From Catajapyx aquilonaris (Eukaryota), in contig KZ537961.1 in the NCBI GenBank assembly GCA_000934665.2, positions 124,001-188,000 on the forward strand: 64,000 bases of DNA. The letters are read 5' to 3'. Made by a program: the position numbers and the translations under genes. Below the pieces are notes generated by a model. That model ran no database searches. It was not told the DNA's origin and worked only from the letters and a program-made list of their open reading frames with translations. Shown here piece by piece: positions 50,101 to 63,386 of the stretch (the stretch's first letter is position 1; every line of letters begins with the position of its first letter).

Positions 50101-53100
50101 AGTAACACAACCTGTAATAAAATTCAGCAGTGATTAATCCATTAAAAATCACTGACACTGCTCATACTTAGCATTTGACAACTAACATCAAACTGAAGGA
50201 ATTCGTTGATTCATCCTGTAGTTCCTGTATCACATCATAGTGCTTATAGTGCATTAGCTGAAATCACGTCATCAAACTGACGAGAAAAAATTACCTGGTC
50301 CTTGACATTGAAATAAAAAAATATTCCAGGAAGAAGGTACCTTTCCAGCTGGATACGCCCCTGATTTATAGACCCCACGTACTCGCATCTACTGTATTAC
50401 GTACGTGAAACACATGGAAAAATTTAATTGTCGATTTTTGGTGGGAACACACACTCCTGTTTCCTCGTTCTGATGGGGGAAGCCCCCATTTTGAGATGGC
50501 GGAACGTGTATGAATGAATGGGCGGATTTCTGCCCCTGATTGCGATTTGGGACTGGCGTGGGATTCACGCCAAGACGCCGAACCGTCACATTCTCACCAT
50601 TTCGCGTCTTTGCTTGGGCCCCGGGCGTCGCTAATTGGAAGATTCTCGGACTCTGCTACACCGTTCAGGATCGCGATCCAACTGATATCAATGAATGGTG
50701 GTAATATTATTACCGCATGGCTTGCATTTTCGCTGGTGATATTTCCCTCCCTCCTTATTATCAGCATCTGACCTAGATGTGGTTCAGGTCAAAAATGTAT
50801 TGACGTGAATGTATAGCTAAAACCAAAGGTCAAACATTTCCAGGTAGCATTTCAGTCTCACAAATGCAGAAAGCTACTGTACTGCGCTCTCTGTACTTAT
50901 CTCCGAATAGGACAACTCTGTGCTTTGACATTGTCGTTACTCACTGTCCTGATCCTATCGGACATGTTCGATACCCATCTAAAACCGCATTTTTACACCC
51001 CCTAAATCATCCCACGTGCACATTAGCCCAACTACCGCCTCCAAATGTAATTCACTCACCCACTGGCAACCACCGTGTGTCCCATAGCACTGGTCACCTC
51101 CTGAACTCCTTGAGATTTACCGCCAGCGTAAAATAAATCCTAAAATATATGAACCTGATAATCATCGCTCCTACAGTAACCCACTCCCGGTTCTGTTAGT
51201 ATATAAAAGCTCATTTTCCCCCATCCTTGATGGCCCCTTAAATCAGGTCTGGACGTCCAATCACTCCAGAGATGGCATATCCAGCTGGTAACCCTTGCTG
51301 TGTCGGTCCAAAGATGGCGTCCGACATTCCCGAGTCTAATGGGAGGCGCGAACCTCCTTTATAAAAGAAGAAGCCGCTCCAAATCAGAACCGCGCTTCGG
51401 CTTCCTTTGTTGTCCTTCTTTAGGCGGCGATGCCCACGATACTCCTTATTAGCTAATTAGGAATATTGGATGCTTCCTTTCTGGATGACAAACCGGGGCT
51501 TCCTCAACTATGCAGGTGTCCCCATGGCGTGCGTTTGCCCAATTAGAATTGATCTCCAGGGGGTGCAGAAGGCGGACACATAGTGTTATCTGGAAAGTCA
51601 TAATGTATTAAGATGGACAGTAAGTTCAGTGAACAGTAAATAACAGGACAGGACATCACATGTCCTCTTTCAGCCAACCTTTTTCTTCTAAATCGCCTCC
51701 ATTTCATAAACTCTGGCAACAAGAAGCTTCAAATAATCACGCTTCCAGCAGAGTGTGTCCAGCCTGGAATCCACCAGCATCTTCTTCATCCTGGACATCC
51801 CATCTCGGCTCGTTGATGACCATCCTCAGAAAATGGACAGCAGCGCATGCCTCCCTTCCAGAAATTGAGATAGCTAAATAATCCGACCTGATATCAAAAC
51901 AGGGGGGAAGTGGAGGAGGGGGTGGTTAGAGTGGGTGGATAGGACGTCCCCAAAACATCTCAAGAATGTAGGACCAAAGGGCGTGGTAGACCGTTAACCC
52001 GTCGCGCGGAATGAAGCTCGAAAAAGACAACCACTTTTTTTTTTGGTCCTTCAGTTTCCTCTCTTTTTTCTTCAAGAACGCGTCTTGGAGTTTTTCGCAC
52101 CTTCTGGAGGAAAACCGCCTCATCCGCAGAAGGAGCCACCAAGAAATTGGACGCCCTTATTGATTCCGGAAAGAGGAGCAGCCAAAAGAACAAAGACAAA
52201 GGAATAAGGTACAGTCAGGAATTCGAGGATGAGGAACGCTTTGTTTGCAGATTCTTCAGATGGAACACAGAAGAAGCTGCGGGGTCCGTGGGAAATCAGC
52301 GAAATCGTGTCCAGGTGTGGTCTATTTGTCACCAGTTTTTTGTGTGTGTGTGTGTGACCAATTTTTTCGTGAACCTAACTGCTAAGCCGTTTTACTACCA
52401 GTGCTTGCAGGCATCTCGCCAGGCCATAAAACGGACAGTCCGGATTTGCCAGCCGCTACAAAATGCGGGTTAGGTCAAATTATCGCTTTGTTTGGCGACA
52501 GGTGAATTACTCAACACCCAGGTATTCATTAGATGACAACAGACGTGGAACATTTGCATGGCACGACCTAGAGATAAAAAGGGGTAGGATGACGGGCGTG
52601 AGAGAACTATTTCGTATGTGGTAGCAAAATTTCAAAAATTGATGCCCATCCTTCTAAAAATACAGGGTGTCTCCCACATCAGGCTTCAGGGCGTGAAACC
52701 TGCCAGAATCACCCTTCCGAATCCGCGACGTCCAAAGACACAGTTCTTTTTGGCAGCAATGGCGGCAGATGTTCCCCAGACCACGCTGGGATATAGAGCC
52801 GGCTCTGTCTGTCTGTCCCTTTTCCCCCCTTCCAGCAACATCCAACAACTCCCCCCCCCCCNNNNNNNCCCCAACCAACCATGTCTTCCTCAGCTGGAAA
52901 CATTCCGCGCGTGGAAACAATTTGGAGGATCCTCAGCTCCGCTTTGTTACCTTCCCGCCAAAAAAGCTGTGTCAAGAGCCTTCCACATCCAGCATCCTGT
53001 GATGGACACTGGACCCACACACTTTGGTGGTCAACTCTACCCTTCTTCAACCAAGAGGAGCGGTCCTAAATGGCGATCACACATTGTTTGGCAGCTGTTT

Positions 53101-53774
53101 CACCCCACACCTTTGCCAAAAGCATTGATCTTTTTAAGTGTCCCATAAACCCGGGCTTTAGGATCCAGCGAGGATTGGGACGTTTAAAAGCATCTTGTAA
53201 TAATTCAGGCAGCCCTTTACAGTGCGTAGAAACACGAAACAGTAGGCACACAGAAGCCATCCGACTCATCCCAGGCATGTGTCAACAACACCACTGGACT
53301 GAAACAAACGACAATCACTCCGGGGACAAATAAGGACCCGTATTGTTACACCCCTTCAGAAAAGAAGGAGCTTAGTTAGCATAACCTGGAGCCAGCCTCA
53401 TTCCTGAAGGCTGTTGTCAAATAATTAATTCGACAAAAATGTTGGAAATGGCGTCCTCGCGGCATATGATAGGCATGGCGTTCCAAGAATGACACCCTAA
53501 TTGATAACACCTTGGCTTCTAATTTTTTTTCCCAAGTAACTGCGAATGTCGCCAACTAACGGAAAGGTGTCTGTCAGTCTTCGAAAAGGGACTATTGGAG
53601 TACCTGATGACAAGTATGTGAAGGAGTTACGTCTCCCAATGCTATCAACAACATAGTTTCTTGGACACCACTCATTAATGTTGTCAGAAGATTGTATGGA
53701 AAGGCGCGTGACAATCGGACATGAAGAGAAAAAATGACCAGAAAGGCATGCTTTAATGCCCAATTATCTTGAAT

Positions 53775-53945
53775 GATGCCTAAGGGTGTTCGATAAAACC
53801 TGTCGAGCATGATGCTTCTTCGACTATGACTTGCATGATGTGCTAGCACCTCGCATGGAATGAACTCAGGAATGCTCCTGCCTTGTTTACAGAAATTATG
53901 GAAGGCGTATACTTTCCGGATATCACGGTCCATCTCCAAAATAAT
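53775..53945 (-). pseudogene. Decayed tyrosine-recombinase C-terminus (DIRS-like retroelement remnant)
   Basis: Across frameshifts: WRW / DIRKVY / VHSMRGASTS / DRFYRTPL. The order matches the RW..IR.AY, HSxR..STS and RFY motifs of DIRS recombinases, but the spacing before RFY is too short. Confidence 0.45.
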
Positions 53946-54866
53946 GAAAAGGGACATACGCGTAAATCGTCAAAACGCTCACCATCTGTATATGAGCAAA
54001 AGTATTTAATTTATGAAATATTTTGCACCTATTCAACCAGTGAATGCCCTGTTTATGTTTACATGGTAAGCACTGCTTCGTTCAGCACATCCTGCGAATA
54101 TGTTAACCTTACTGGCGCTTGGTTCAAAAGAATGGCATCCAAAAATTCCCGCTCTCGACACCTGTTTGTACCATAAATACTTTAAAAAGGGCCAGCGTCC
54201 CACTCACATTGTCAGGGCAGTCAACCAAAAACCGTGCCTATATTGTGACCATAAATTTACAAAATAGAACCCGCCTTTTATTTCCGTTCTTCCTGCGATG
54301 CTAGGGGGCCGAGCTGAATTCCTGCTGGCCTATGAAAAAGTGTTTCCGCATAGCCCATGTTTCATCCTGGCCAAATCTAGAGACTTTGCCGCCAACCAAA
54401 CACATCTAGCAACCTCCTAATTGCCAGGTTATTAATTACGCCCTGGTCCCCCCCATCTGTGTTTCAACCGCTATTGTCCACTTGCGTCAGAGAATTACGT
54501 CGCTTCTACTCATCTCCATGCTATTCTCAGACTCCAAAGGGATATATGGAGCTCGTAACGTGCGTGACAATGCACACTCTTCCCATTCTCTAGAGTGATT
54601 TATGCTAGAGAACAAAGAGCTAGTGGGGACTCCTTTTCAAATATCTATATGTCAACCGCGGGTCTTAATTATTTGGCTTACGCTATAGGGGGACGCTGAG
54701 ACTAAAATGTGGTGGAAAAAATGACGGGTGCATTGTTGAGCATAATTTGAGCTGTAATTTGTTCCAGGGTCGTAGGCTGGTTCATTCAGCCATGGGATGC
54801 TCTCATTGTAATACCCTGCCAGTAGATGAAGCAACTACCGGCATCGGCATAGCTCTTTGGGGTCAT

Positions 54867-55406
54867 GGTAGAAACACAAGTAATGATTAGAGAGAGGCTC
54901 TAGGGAGAGAGTCGCCAACTTATGACGTCAGGTAGAAACACAAGTAGCGACTAGAGAGAGGCACTAGGGAGAGAGTCGCCAACTTATGACGTCAGGTAGA
55001 AACACAAGTAGCGACTAGAGAGAGGCTCTAGGGAGAGAGTCGCCAACTTATGACGCCAGGTAGAAACACAAGTAGCGACTAGAGAGAGGCTCTAGGGAGA
55101 GAGTCGCCTTAGTCGCTACTTAGTAGCGACTAGAGAGAGGCTCTAGGGAGAGAGTCGCCAACTTATGACGTCAGGTAGAAACACAAGTAGCGACTAGAGA
55201 GAGGCTCTAGGGAGAGAGTCGCCAACTTATGACGTCAGGTAGAAACACAAGTAGCGACTAGAGAGAGGCTCTAGGGAGAGAGTCGCCAACTTATGACGTC
55301 AGGTCGACTCTGACTGGCTGGAGCCAGAAGGCCTGATACTACTCCAGCCAATCAGAGTGGACCGTGAAGTCAGAAGTTGGCGACTCTCTCCCTCTAGGCT
55401 CTCTAG
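54867..55406. repeat. 64-bp minisatellite (about 7 units) derived from the left arm of a MITE (55258-55406)
   Basis: Unit ggtagaaacacaagtagcgactagagagaggctctagggagagagtcgccaacttatgacgtca at 54867, 54931, 54995, 55059 (truncated), 55122 (partial), 55174 and 55238; inverted counterpart at 55342-55406. Confidence 0.92.
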
Positions 55407-56634
55407 TAATGACATCTGCCGGCTTTTCAGTGAACGAGTAGGAGCCTTGCCTGAATTTATATCAATTTTTGGTGGTAATTGTTTAAAAAAATTCAAGAAT
55501 TGAATTAATGGCGAATTATGCCTGCGTTTATTCAATTAAAACATGTCGGCAAATGTTATTTCGGTGCAAACAAATGTACTAAAATTGACCTGACAATCAC
55601 TGAAAAATAACAGTTGGCGCTAGATGTCAGCAAATGTCCTAGGGGCGGTCCTGCTGCCACCGAACGACATGTACCGTACACAAAGTAACCTTTTTTTAAA
55701 GCACCCTTGTCCAACTTTTAAGGCTAGGCTATCATGCTCTTTATTGAAGAAACAACACGTTATGTTGCTAGTATATCCGTTGAACCCCCCCCCCCCCTCC
55801 ACACTATTTCAACCCCTCTTTCTAATAACACGGGCCAAAAATTCCGCCGTAAATACCCGGTCACAAAATCTTTTGTGTATTCTTCCTCGACTTTTATGCA
55901 TGTTTGCCTCGTTTTCGAAACCAAGTCCCTATACCCATGTGACCTCCCCGTTGAAGATAGCCCTCGCCTCATTTGGCCCGTCCCATTTGCAAATTACAGA
56001 TGACCCGGACCTCCAAAAAGACCTGGCGCTGAATACAACACATTTGCACGGATCCGCGACAAAAGCTCTCTTTGACTCCTAAAATAGCAGCTTAAATGGC
56101 AGCTCTTTTTTTCCGGCTTTTCGACCCCCCCCCCCCTTCAAAAGTAACCCATCCTGACAGTACGTATTCACTCCAGAGCTTTGTCTCCCCTTGTGTGTGC
56201 TTCCCAAATTGAAGAGTGAGAACGTCGCCATGACTTTGATCTCGACGTTATTTATTCAAAAGAAGATCGTGTTGCTGGCTTTGAGCCGGGCTTTTGGCCA
56301 GAAGTTGACTGGTGTTGACGCCAGCTACCGGCTGGGGTGTGACATCGGGTTGGGAAATTGTAAATAACAACAATGTTCAATGATTTAACATCAAACATCG
56401 ATATAATCCTTCCTGACCCCGTTAGGTCACTCAGAGTCGTGATGGTGGTCCAATAATACATAGGTTCGGGGCCGGAAGCTAAGCCGTCCCACAACTGACT
56501 ACAAAAGCGCCCCAGACCCACTCTAGGCGCCACTGCCCTCTAGTGAGGAGCGCTACAAGCTCTAATAGTGTTGGACAATAATTTTTCACTAGGTAGCCCA
56601 TGGTCTCAGAATACTAAGGTCTGGACACTCCCTT

Positions 56635-56935
56635 TTATCGCCTGCCAGGACGTTTTGCATGAGGTGCTCACTTGAGAGCGCCACGATACAGCTTTTCTCT
56701 GCTCAATTATGTGGCGACCCTACCGGACTACGCTGAACTAAGGTAGAAGAGAAGCCGCTTCATGTGGGCCCAACATGGCCACAGGCGACCATGTTGGGTC
56801 CCCCAATGTAGCGCTTCCCTTTTGTACCTATAAAGTTCAGCGTAGTCTGGTAGGGTCGCCACATAATAGAGCGGTGAAAGGTCTCACGGCGCTTTCAGGT
56901 GAGCATCTCATGCAAAACGACCCGGCAGGCGATAA
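56635..56935. mobile_element. Foldback MITE, about 300 bp
   Basis: ttatcgcctgcc..cgttttgcatgag / ctcatgcaaaacg..ggcaggcgataa; attatgtggcgaccctaccggactacgctgaact / agttcagcgtagtctggtagggtcgccacataat; central hairpin cccaacatgg/ccatgttggg. Confidence 0.88.
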
Positions 56936-59900
56936 GATAAGATTGTAGGGGAAGTGTCCGGAGGCTGAGGTAGCCGGTTGCCAAAATTTGGTGGACGGGA
57001 GGTAGGGAGAGGGAGAGAGACGCACCAGGCAGCATCATCGAAGCGATATCTGACGGTAAAGTGCAGAAGAGAGTCGCCATCAAGCAGGTGGCGACCGGAA
57101 CAGCGGGATTGGGAATTCTGTGGACCTGCCGTCCTCGGCGTTTTTTAGTTTTTCTTTTGCGTTTCACAAAGTCCCTGGGCACTTTTCCCCCCAAAAAAAC
57201 AAGTGTTTGTAAAAGTAGAAAACGTGAGCTAAATTTTGACACCACTTCCAATGCTGTAGGCCCTACGCTGTGGTAGGAATGTCCATGACAGTCGGATATT
57301 AATAATATATTTCTTAGGCACGAGCGCCATCTATACTTTAGTATCGTAAGCCCACGTGTGTATTTATTTTACTGCAATATTCTCAAGTCAATTAGGTAAA
57401 CCTGCCGTTTTCGTGTCTTCGTGACGACCTGAGGTGCATTCTTGCTGAAGTTAGGTGGCACATGGTATCATCGCACGTCAGCTCAGTTCCCCCAAAACCC
57501 GACCCGCCCTGTCACAGCTACCATATTAATGACTCTCATAAAAGTGATAAAAGACAGGAAAACAGGCGGGAGTAGATTGCCCTCCATTCCTGAAAAAGAA
57601 AAAAAAAACGCTCGCTTCATTTTCCTCCGCTTTGAAACCATCCATCATTTTCCACAATGACTGTCTGCATATAAGTGTTGACAACCAGGCTCACTTCTCA
57701 CGTTTATAAATATATTTAGCTACTATTGCATAGTCTCCAGAAAAATGGTGGACCACCATCAGCAGGTACAAGCCATAAACTTGTCCCAACAGTTTGTCCT
57801 GACCCTTGGTTATCATCACTACTTGGGGGGTCCACCCACCTTAACACATATTCTCAATTTCGTTTATCGTTTATTGCCTCGTCTCTACTCCGGATCCTCT
57901 TTGGAAGCAACGAAAGGGTGAGTGCGAGTGTTAAGAATTTGGTATACAGATAGGACCAACATGGTGTCGGCGCTTAATATAATATCGTCCGATTTCATCC
58001 GATTTGGCGAGTTCTTCCCATTTGGCAATTTCTTCGTATTTCGTCTGATTTTTCGTCAACGAAATTATTGCCGAAATACCCTTTAAATTCCAGCATAACC
58101 GTTCAGCGTACCGGTATGAAGTACGCTGTCTAGTTGAGTCCTTGGTTTATCGCTACGTCCCATGCTGAACACGACCGCCAAAGACCAGATTGGCATTCGA
58201 ATGGTACCAGAAGACACCCAACGATGAAGCTGCCACCCTTCGGCAATTAGGCACAAAGCTACTTGGGTGGGCCAACCCCCTCCAACCAAAAAACCAGCTT
58301 TTGAGAAAAAACGAGCATTAATGGAGCAACTACCCTGAAAATGGGTCTCCTCTATAATGTCAGCAGGGGAATCTCAGAAAAGCAATGGCTTTCGTTACCT
58401 TCCATTACGCGCTCCTTTTTGTGTCCCCCTCTTTCATTTGTCAATAGTGTTGGGGGACAATGAGGATTTACAACGTGAGATACCCGACTCTACAAATGGT
58501 TGGAGACATAGGCAGCTTCTTTCAAAGAACCGACATTATCCGGCCATTTCTATTCCGGGTCAGCACTTTGGCTGGAGGGGTGCTACTAATTTGTCACCAG
58601 TCGTATGTAAATGAGCTTGACCTTTTTGTGTCGCGTCCCCCTCACCACTGAGACATCTCAGGACAAATGGCTCTTGGTTTCCGATTTCTATTAATTCCCC
58701 TCTGGCTAGTGGGTAGCCTTTATTGCATTTTTGTCACATGACGTATGCTCCACATCATTAATTATAGGCACACCCTGTACAGAGTCAATCACAGCACATG
58801 ATGTAGCGACTTTAATACCTATTTCTTCTAGGAATGTGTTGGGGTTGTCAGCAAAAATTAGGTAGTAAAATCCAAATTCGCGGTGTAAACACACACTTTT
58901 GGGGATTATTTCCAAATTACAGGGCAGCTGTATTCGCATCACGTGATTAATTAGTGAGATGAAATGTTGGACAGTGAGGCTATAAACCGCACATTGCCTT
59001 CGATTTAAATGCCATGCCATCATTGACCTCGATTAAAAACTTAATAAGCACAACCAGTGGTTACACAACAGTGGAAAAAAACAGTGCTGGATGGGAAAAA
59101 CCCTCAAAAAATTCCAATTTTTAATAAAATGCAGCTTCTCTGCTGACAAAGCCACAGAATTTCAGTAATTATTCCATATCAATCATGTGGTGTAACGATG
59201 TACTATACCAACTCATATGTTAATTCTCTGTCGATTAATTTTCGTGTTAATCAACAACGTGTTTCGGATATACTGTAGCATAAACTTATGTTTATTACAG
59301 AGTTGATAAAATTAATAATTTGCACATTATAGCGTGAATACACTCTTTAAAATCACGATTGGTCCCCGTTCTGCGCCTGCGCAAAGGCAGCGCCTCTGGT
59401 GGATGTAACTAGTTATTTTTTATATAAAATCGGGCTCTCCGCACACTTAATTGCTTAAAATTACAATACGTTTGGTTTAAAATTAAATTATTGACGCAAC
59501 AATGTCATGCACGATAGAAACATGTGATACTAGTAATATTAGTTAAAACTACAGTCCTAATTTTAAATTTTGTAAATAATTTCTTTATAATCACCCCTAA
59601 TATCACAAATTCAACACATTCGCCTATCTCTTTCATGTTTTAAAATATAATCGCTCCGAGAGTAATCCTTATATGAAAAACCCCCCTGCAAAATTGCAGT
59701 GGTTTTCCGGGACGGCAAAATTCCGGGGATGTATCTCCCCACCCCCCATGCCTCTCCCTGCCCCCCTCCCCTTTTCCACCCTATCCTCCACCCCCCGGAT
59801 AAATGAAGCGAAAATTTAATCCCGTCCAATCCCATCCAGGGGTCGCAGAGTTGTTGGGGTGGAGGTGGTGGGAGGAGGGGGGGGGNNNNNNNNNNNNNNN

Positions 59901-61452
59901 NNGGGGGGGGGGGGGTAAAATGGGGGTAGAGAGGGGGGTGAGCTCCATTGATTGCACGCCCTCTCCGTTATATGAGAGGGCCCCACTCGACAATATGGGA
60001 GGCCTCCTCGTTTTAATTAAACGTAATATTGCGGGGATCATCGCCTAATTTGGACACAATGCGAGCCGCGCGCTCATTGTGCTCCGGATGCATGCAGCCC
60101 TGAATTGCGACCAGCCAACCAAACAGCAGCCATGGCGACAAAAGCCTCCTCCCCCCCTGCTATCATCCACCCCCATCCCCATCTACATCAACACCCTCAC
60201 ATGACAATAACCCAAATCCGGGGATACGTGGAGTCCGTGGTCCGGAAAGATGACCCGAGACTAATCTGGAGATAAAACACCTTGCAGCTGCAGGGATTGT
60301 CTCTTTCCTGGAANGGGGGGGGGGGGGGGGGGACACAGGCGACCCTGATGACAAACAGGCTGCTCATATATGGACACCTGGAATATTGAATTTTTTTAAA
60401 CATGACAACTATTCTTTAATCACTATAGGTCCTGCTCTTTCAGGTGACTATGCAGTAACACGATACGCCAATGTGATAGTACCCTTCTTATTCTACAGTA
60501 TTTTGTTTCCACCTGATCAGCTTAATGAATTCCACTGCATAACTAGCGCACATCGTCTAAACAGGCTTACTTGACCAGCCGGGATAGTGCATTCCACTAT
60601 AGCTTCACGGGGACTATAGGGCTGGAACCCTCAACACAAGTGTTGGTACATCACTATTCACAGACTACCATCAGATGATACCACTGCAAATTTTTAAAAA
60701 ACACAAAATAATAATAGTTATTCTGCCAGTCATGTTGGTGTCCAGGATAAGCCAAAACCCACAAGTTACCCGAGAGGGAAAACCTATGTCAGTTTCAGTG
60801 CCCTCCATATACTCATGATGCTAAGCGTGTCAATGGTGATGGATGGTAGGTGCTTCAAACAGTTGGCTCAACGTGCCCACCCTACTAGCTAGGCTCTCAT
60901 GTGGTGAAAACCAACCCAGGGGGGGAGCAAAAAGTTGGCCAAAGAAGAACAACTATGCATATTTGTTTGGGATTTTCCTGTCTCATTTCCAGTAGCAAGG
61001 CTGCGGCCTGTCCAACCTGTCACTACTCTTTCTCTTCACACACGAATTTTCCCCCTCCCAACACCATGGAACATTGTAAATGCCCCACGGATACAAGTGG
61101 CTTTCTGCCTGTTTCTCAATATCGGGCTCAAAAAATGTGACAAGTGGTTCCCTACCTGGGTGCGGACTCAGTTGATGGAGCATCCACTTCGTCTCCTGCG
61201 AACTGCTGAAGAGAAGTTCTCGACTTATGCATTTGGATGATTATGGCCAGATCTGTAAGATATGATCAATAATGGTTTCGGCTTAAATTAATTCAATTAA
61301 TTAATTTAAGGGTGAGCTAATTTTGCATTTTTGTGTAGGCTATAGTTTCATTAATCAGTATGCAGTAGTGTGCATTATGAGCATGTGGAAAGCAGAATCT
61401 TTACGTATTCCTTGAAAAAGTGGCGATTTGGCTATGACAAACCTCGGATATA

Positions 61453-61606
61453 CAGTGAAACCTGTGTATGTTGGGCACTGATCGAGAGGATTGGTGTCCA
61501 ACTGAGCAACATTACAGGGGATAGACTTTGACGGTTCCAAAAATAATGCCTAACATAATAAGGAGGTGACCAACATTATTAAGGCAGCCAACTTCAGGTT
61601 TCCCTG
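61453..61606. mobile_element. pogo/Tigger-type MITE, 154 bp
   Basis: TA-CAGTGAAACCTG...CAGGTTTCCCTG-TA. Confidence 0.75.
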
Positions 61607-63194
61607 TAACAAGACGTTTTTCTGTGATCCCTTGAAGTATATGTCAAAAAGATCTCAAACTTATGCATCCTGGCACTGGGCAACCATCACCTCCCAAGAT
61701 GAAGGATAAGAAAAAAATAGTTCAACTTGCTTGAGCACTGTTGGTTAATTATAGCATCAGGATATGATTAGCTGAAACTTCTTGACATTTAGCTGGCTCG
61801 AGATTCCATCTCATCATCGCAGAAATTGTTCCACATATTGTCATAAGCACTGGCATCCAGACCCTACTGAGTACTGGTACTGCAGGTTCAAGACAGTAGA
61901 GTAGTTGGTGATTAAGCCGTATTAAAATAACATGGAAATGAGTATGATTGGCATCAACATACTGTATGTACCAACTGTACCAAAATTTACTTATTCCTAA
62001 TATACTGCTGAAAAAAATACAGGGGAGTCCTACAATACATTGTAATGCAATGCCAACAGGACATTTATTTCAGTTTGGAAAGAAGATGCTTACGATAGAT
62101 AAATTACAATGCTTGACTAGTCATCGCAACCACAGTCTTTTCAAATGAGTCAGCTCAAAATTCAGTTTTCATGTTTCACAACCATTACAACAAGTTCAAG
62201 TGAAGCTAAATCACTGGAAGTAGACAGGCCATGGGAGTAGACACTCCCCTTTATTTTTCTTATATGAAAACAGATTACCAAAGCAATCACACTCCATGAC
62301 TGACAACTTTTAGCAGAAACGGGATGGCCAATAACGTCTCACAGAATGCCAATAACTCAAGCATCCAACGGTCTTCGTTCATGTCAGGCACCTCTCCATC
62401 AAGAATGAGTCTCCAATGATATTTTTGCTTGTATCATAAAACCAATCACTTTTCAAATAATTTGAATTTGGCATGAATGCCATGGGACCAACCATCTCTC
62501 ATCCAGCCTCTGCATCATTAATTTGTCAATTCCTATCCTTACGTAAAAACCTGTGGTCCTCATGCTCTTACAAGGTCTGAGTGTTACCCCCCGTAGCACA
62601 AGTTTACTTCCAATGCCTTTGATTGAAGCTACAAAATGGGATGAAATGAGACAAATGCATCACTGCTGACCTTGCCTCATCATGTATTCAGGGTGTTGAT
62701 GGGTTCAGGTTAGACCCATATCAGATGAAACCATGTTCATTCGTGATTTAAGTTGGAATAATAGGTGAAGGTGGATGCAATGCATGCCAGTGTACACATT
62801 CTGCGAGATTCTTACCTGTGATTCGAACTTGAGGCACAAGTGAGCATGGAATATCTACTTACGGTTATTTCTGATGACTTACGTCATGCAGTACAAATGA
62901 CAAAGTCAGAGATTTTGCAATATTCAGGTAGATGAACTGTTAAATAACTGGCAGATTATCTGAATCAGTCACTCATTCAGCACACCTGGTTTGTCATGGT
63001 CAGCAGCAATGTTAGCACCAGAGAAGCCTACAGTACAAGCAGCAAAACTGTACTACAAATAATGCAATGCAAAATATAATTATCATTTTAAAATATATTG
63101 CATTTGTTATATTTAAATATATTTTGGCTGAGATGAAGTTGTGGGAATGTCATAATAACACATGAAATACATGAACACGAAAGAAAGAAATGGC

Positions 63195-63386
63195 CTATTC
63201 ACGCCGGGAGTGGAATGGAGCATCTTCTGAGGCCGAGTCACATTCGCTGTCCATGCACATCGACCCTTCCATTGCAGAGCCTGCCCATTTTTGCCTCTCT
63301 CCCGAGGCAAACAGGCCGTAGAACATAGCACCAGCTAGGTAGATGGCCGCGGATATGTAGAATACCACTTTCCATTCCGTAGGATT
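63195..63386 (-). CDS. Last coding exon of an SLC17-family MFS anion transporter (sialin/VGLUT/phosphate cotransporter-like); no upstream exon found in the window
   Basis: Acceptor ttctgcag|AAT; NPTEWKVVFYISAAIYLAGAMFYGLFASGERQKWA matches the SLC17 final helix pattern W..VF......Y......F..FASGE.Q.WA, followed by an acidic tail and stop. Confidence 0.88.
   Translation of the reverse strand, partial: NPTEWKVVFYISAAIYLAGAMFYGLFASGERQKWAGSAMEGSMCMDSECDSASEDAPFHSRRE

Noticed and set aside
51660..53333. ORFs of 70-176 aa in the upstream region
   Set aside because: No recognisable domain or consistent splice structure; some span N gaps.
54867..55301. CRISPR-like array with a 64-bp period
   Set aside because: The whole unit repeats with no spacers, and it derives from a MITE arm.
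11254..63194. Window-wide enrichment of Su(H) or Pho/YY1 (GCCAT) motifs
   Set aside because: I count roughly ten YGTGRGAA sites, about what chance gives in 64 kb; CGCCAT is also not clearly enriched without a formal test.
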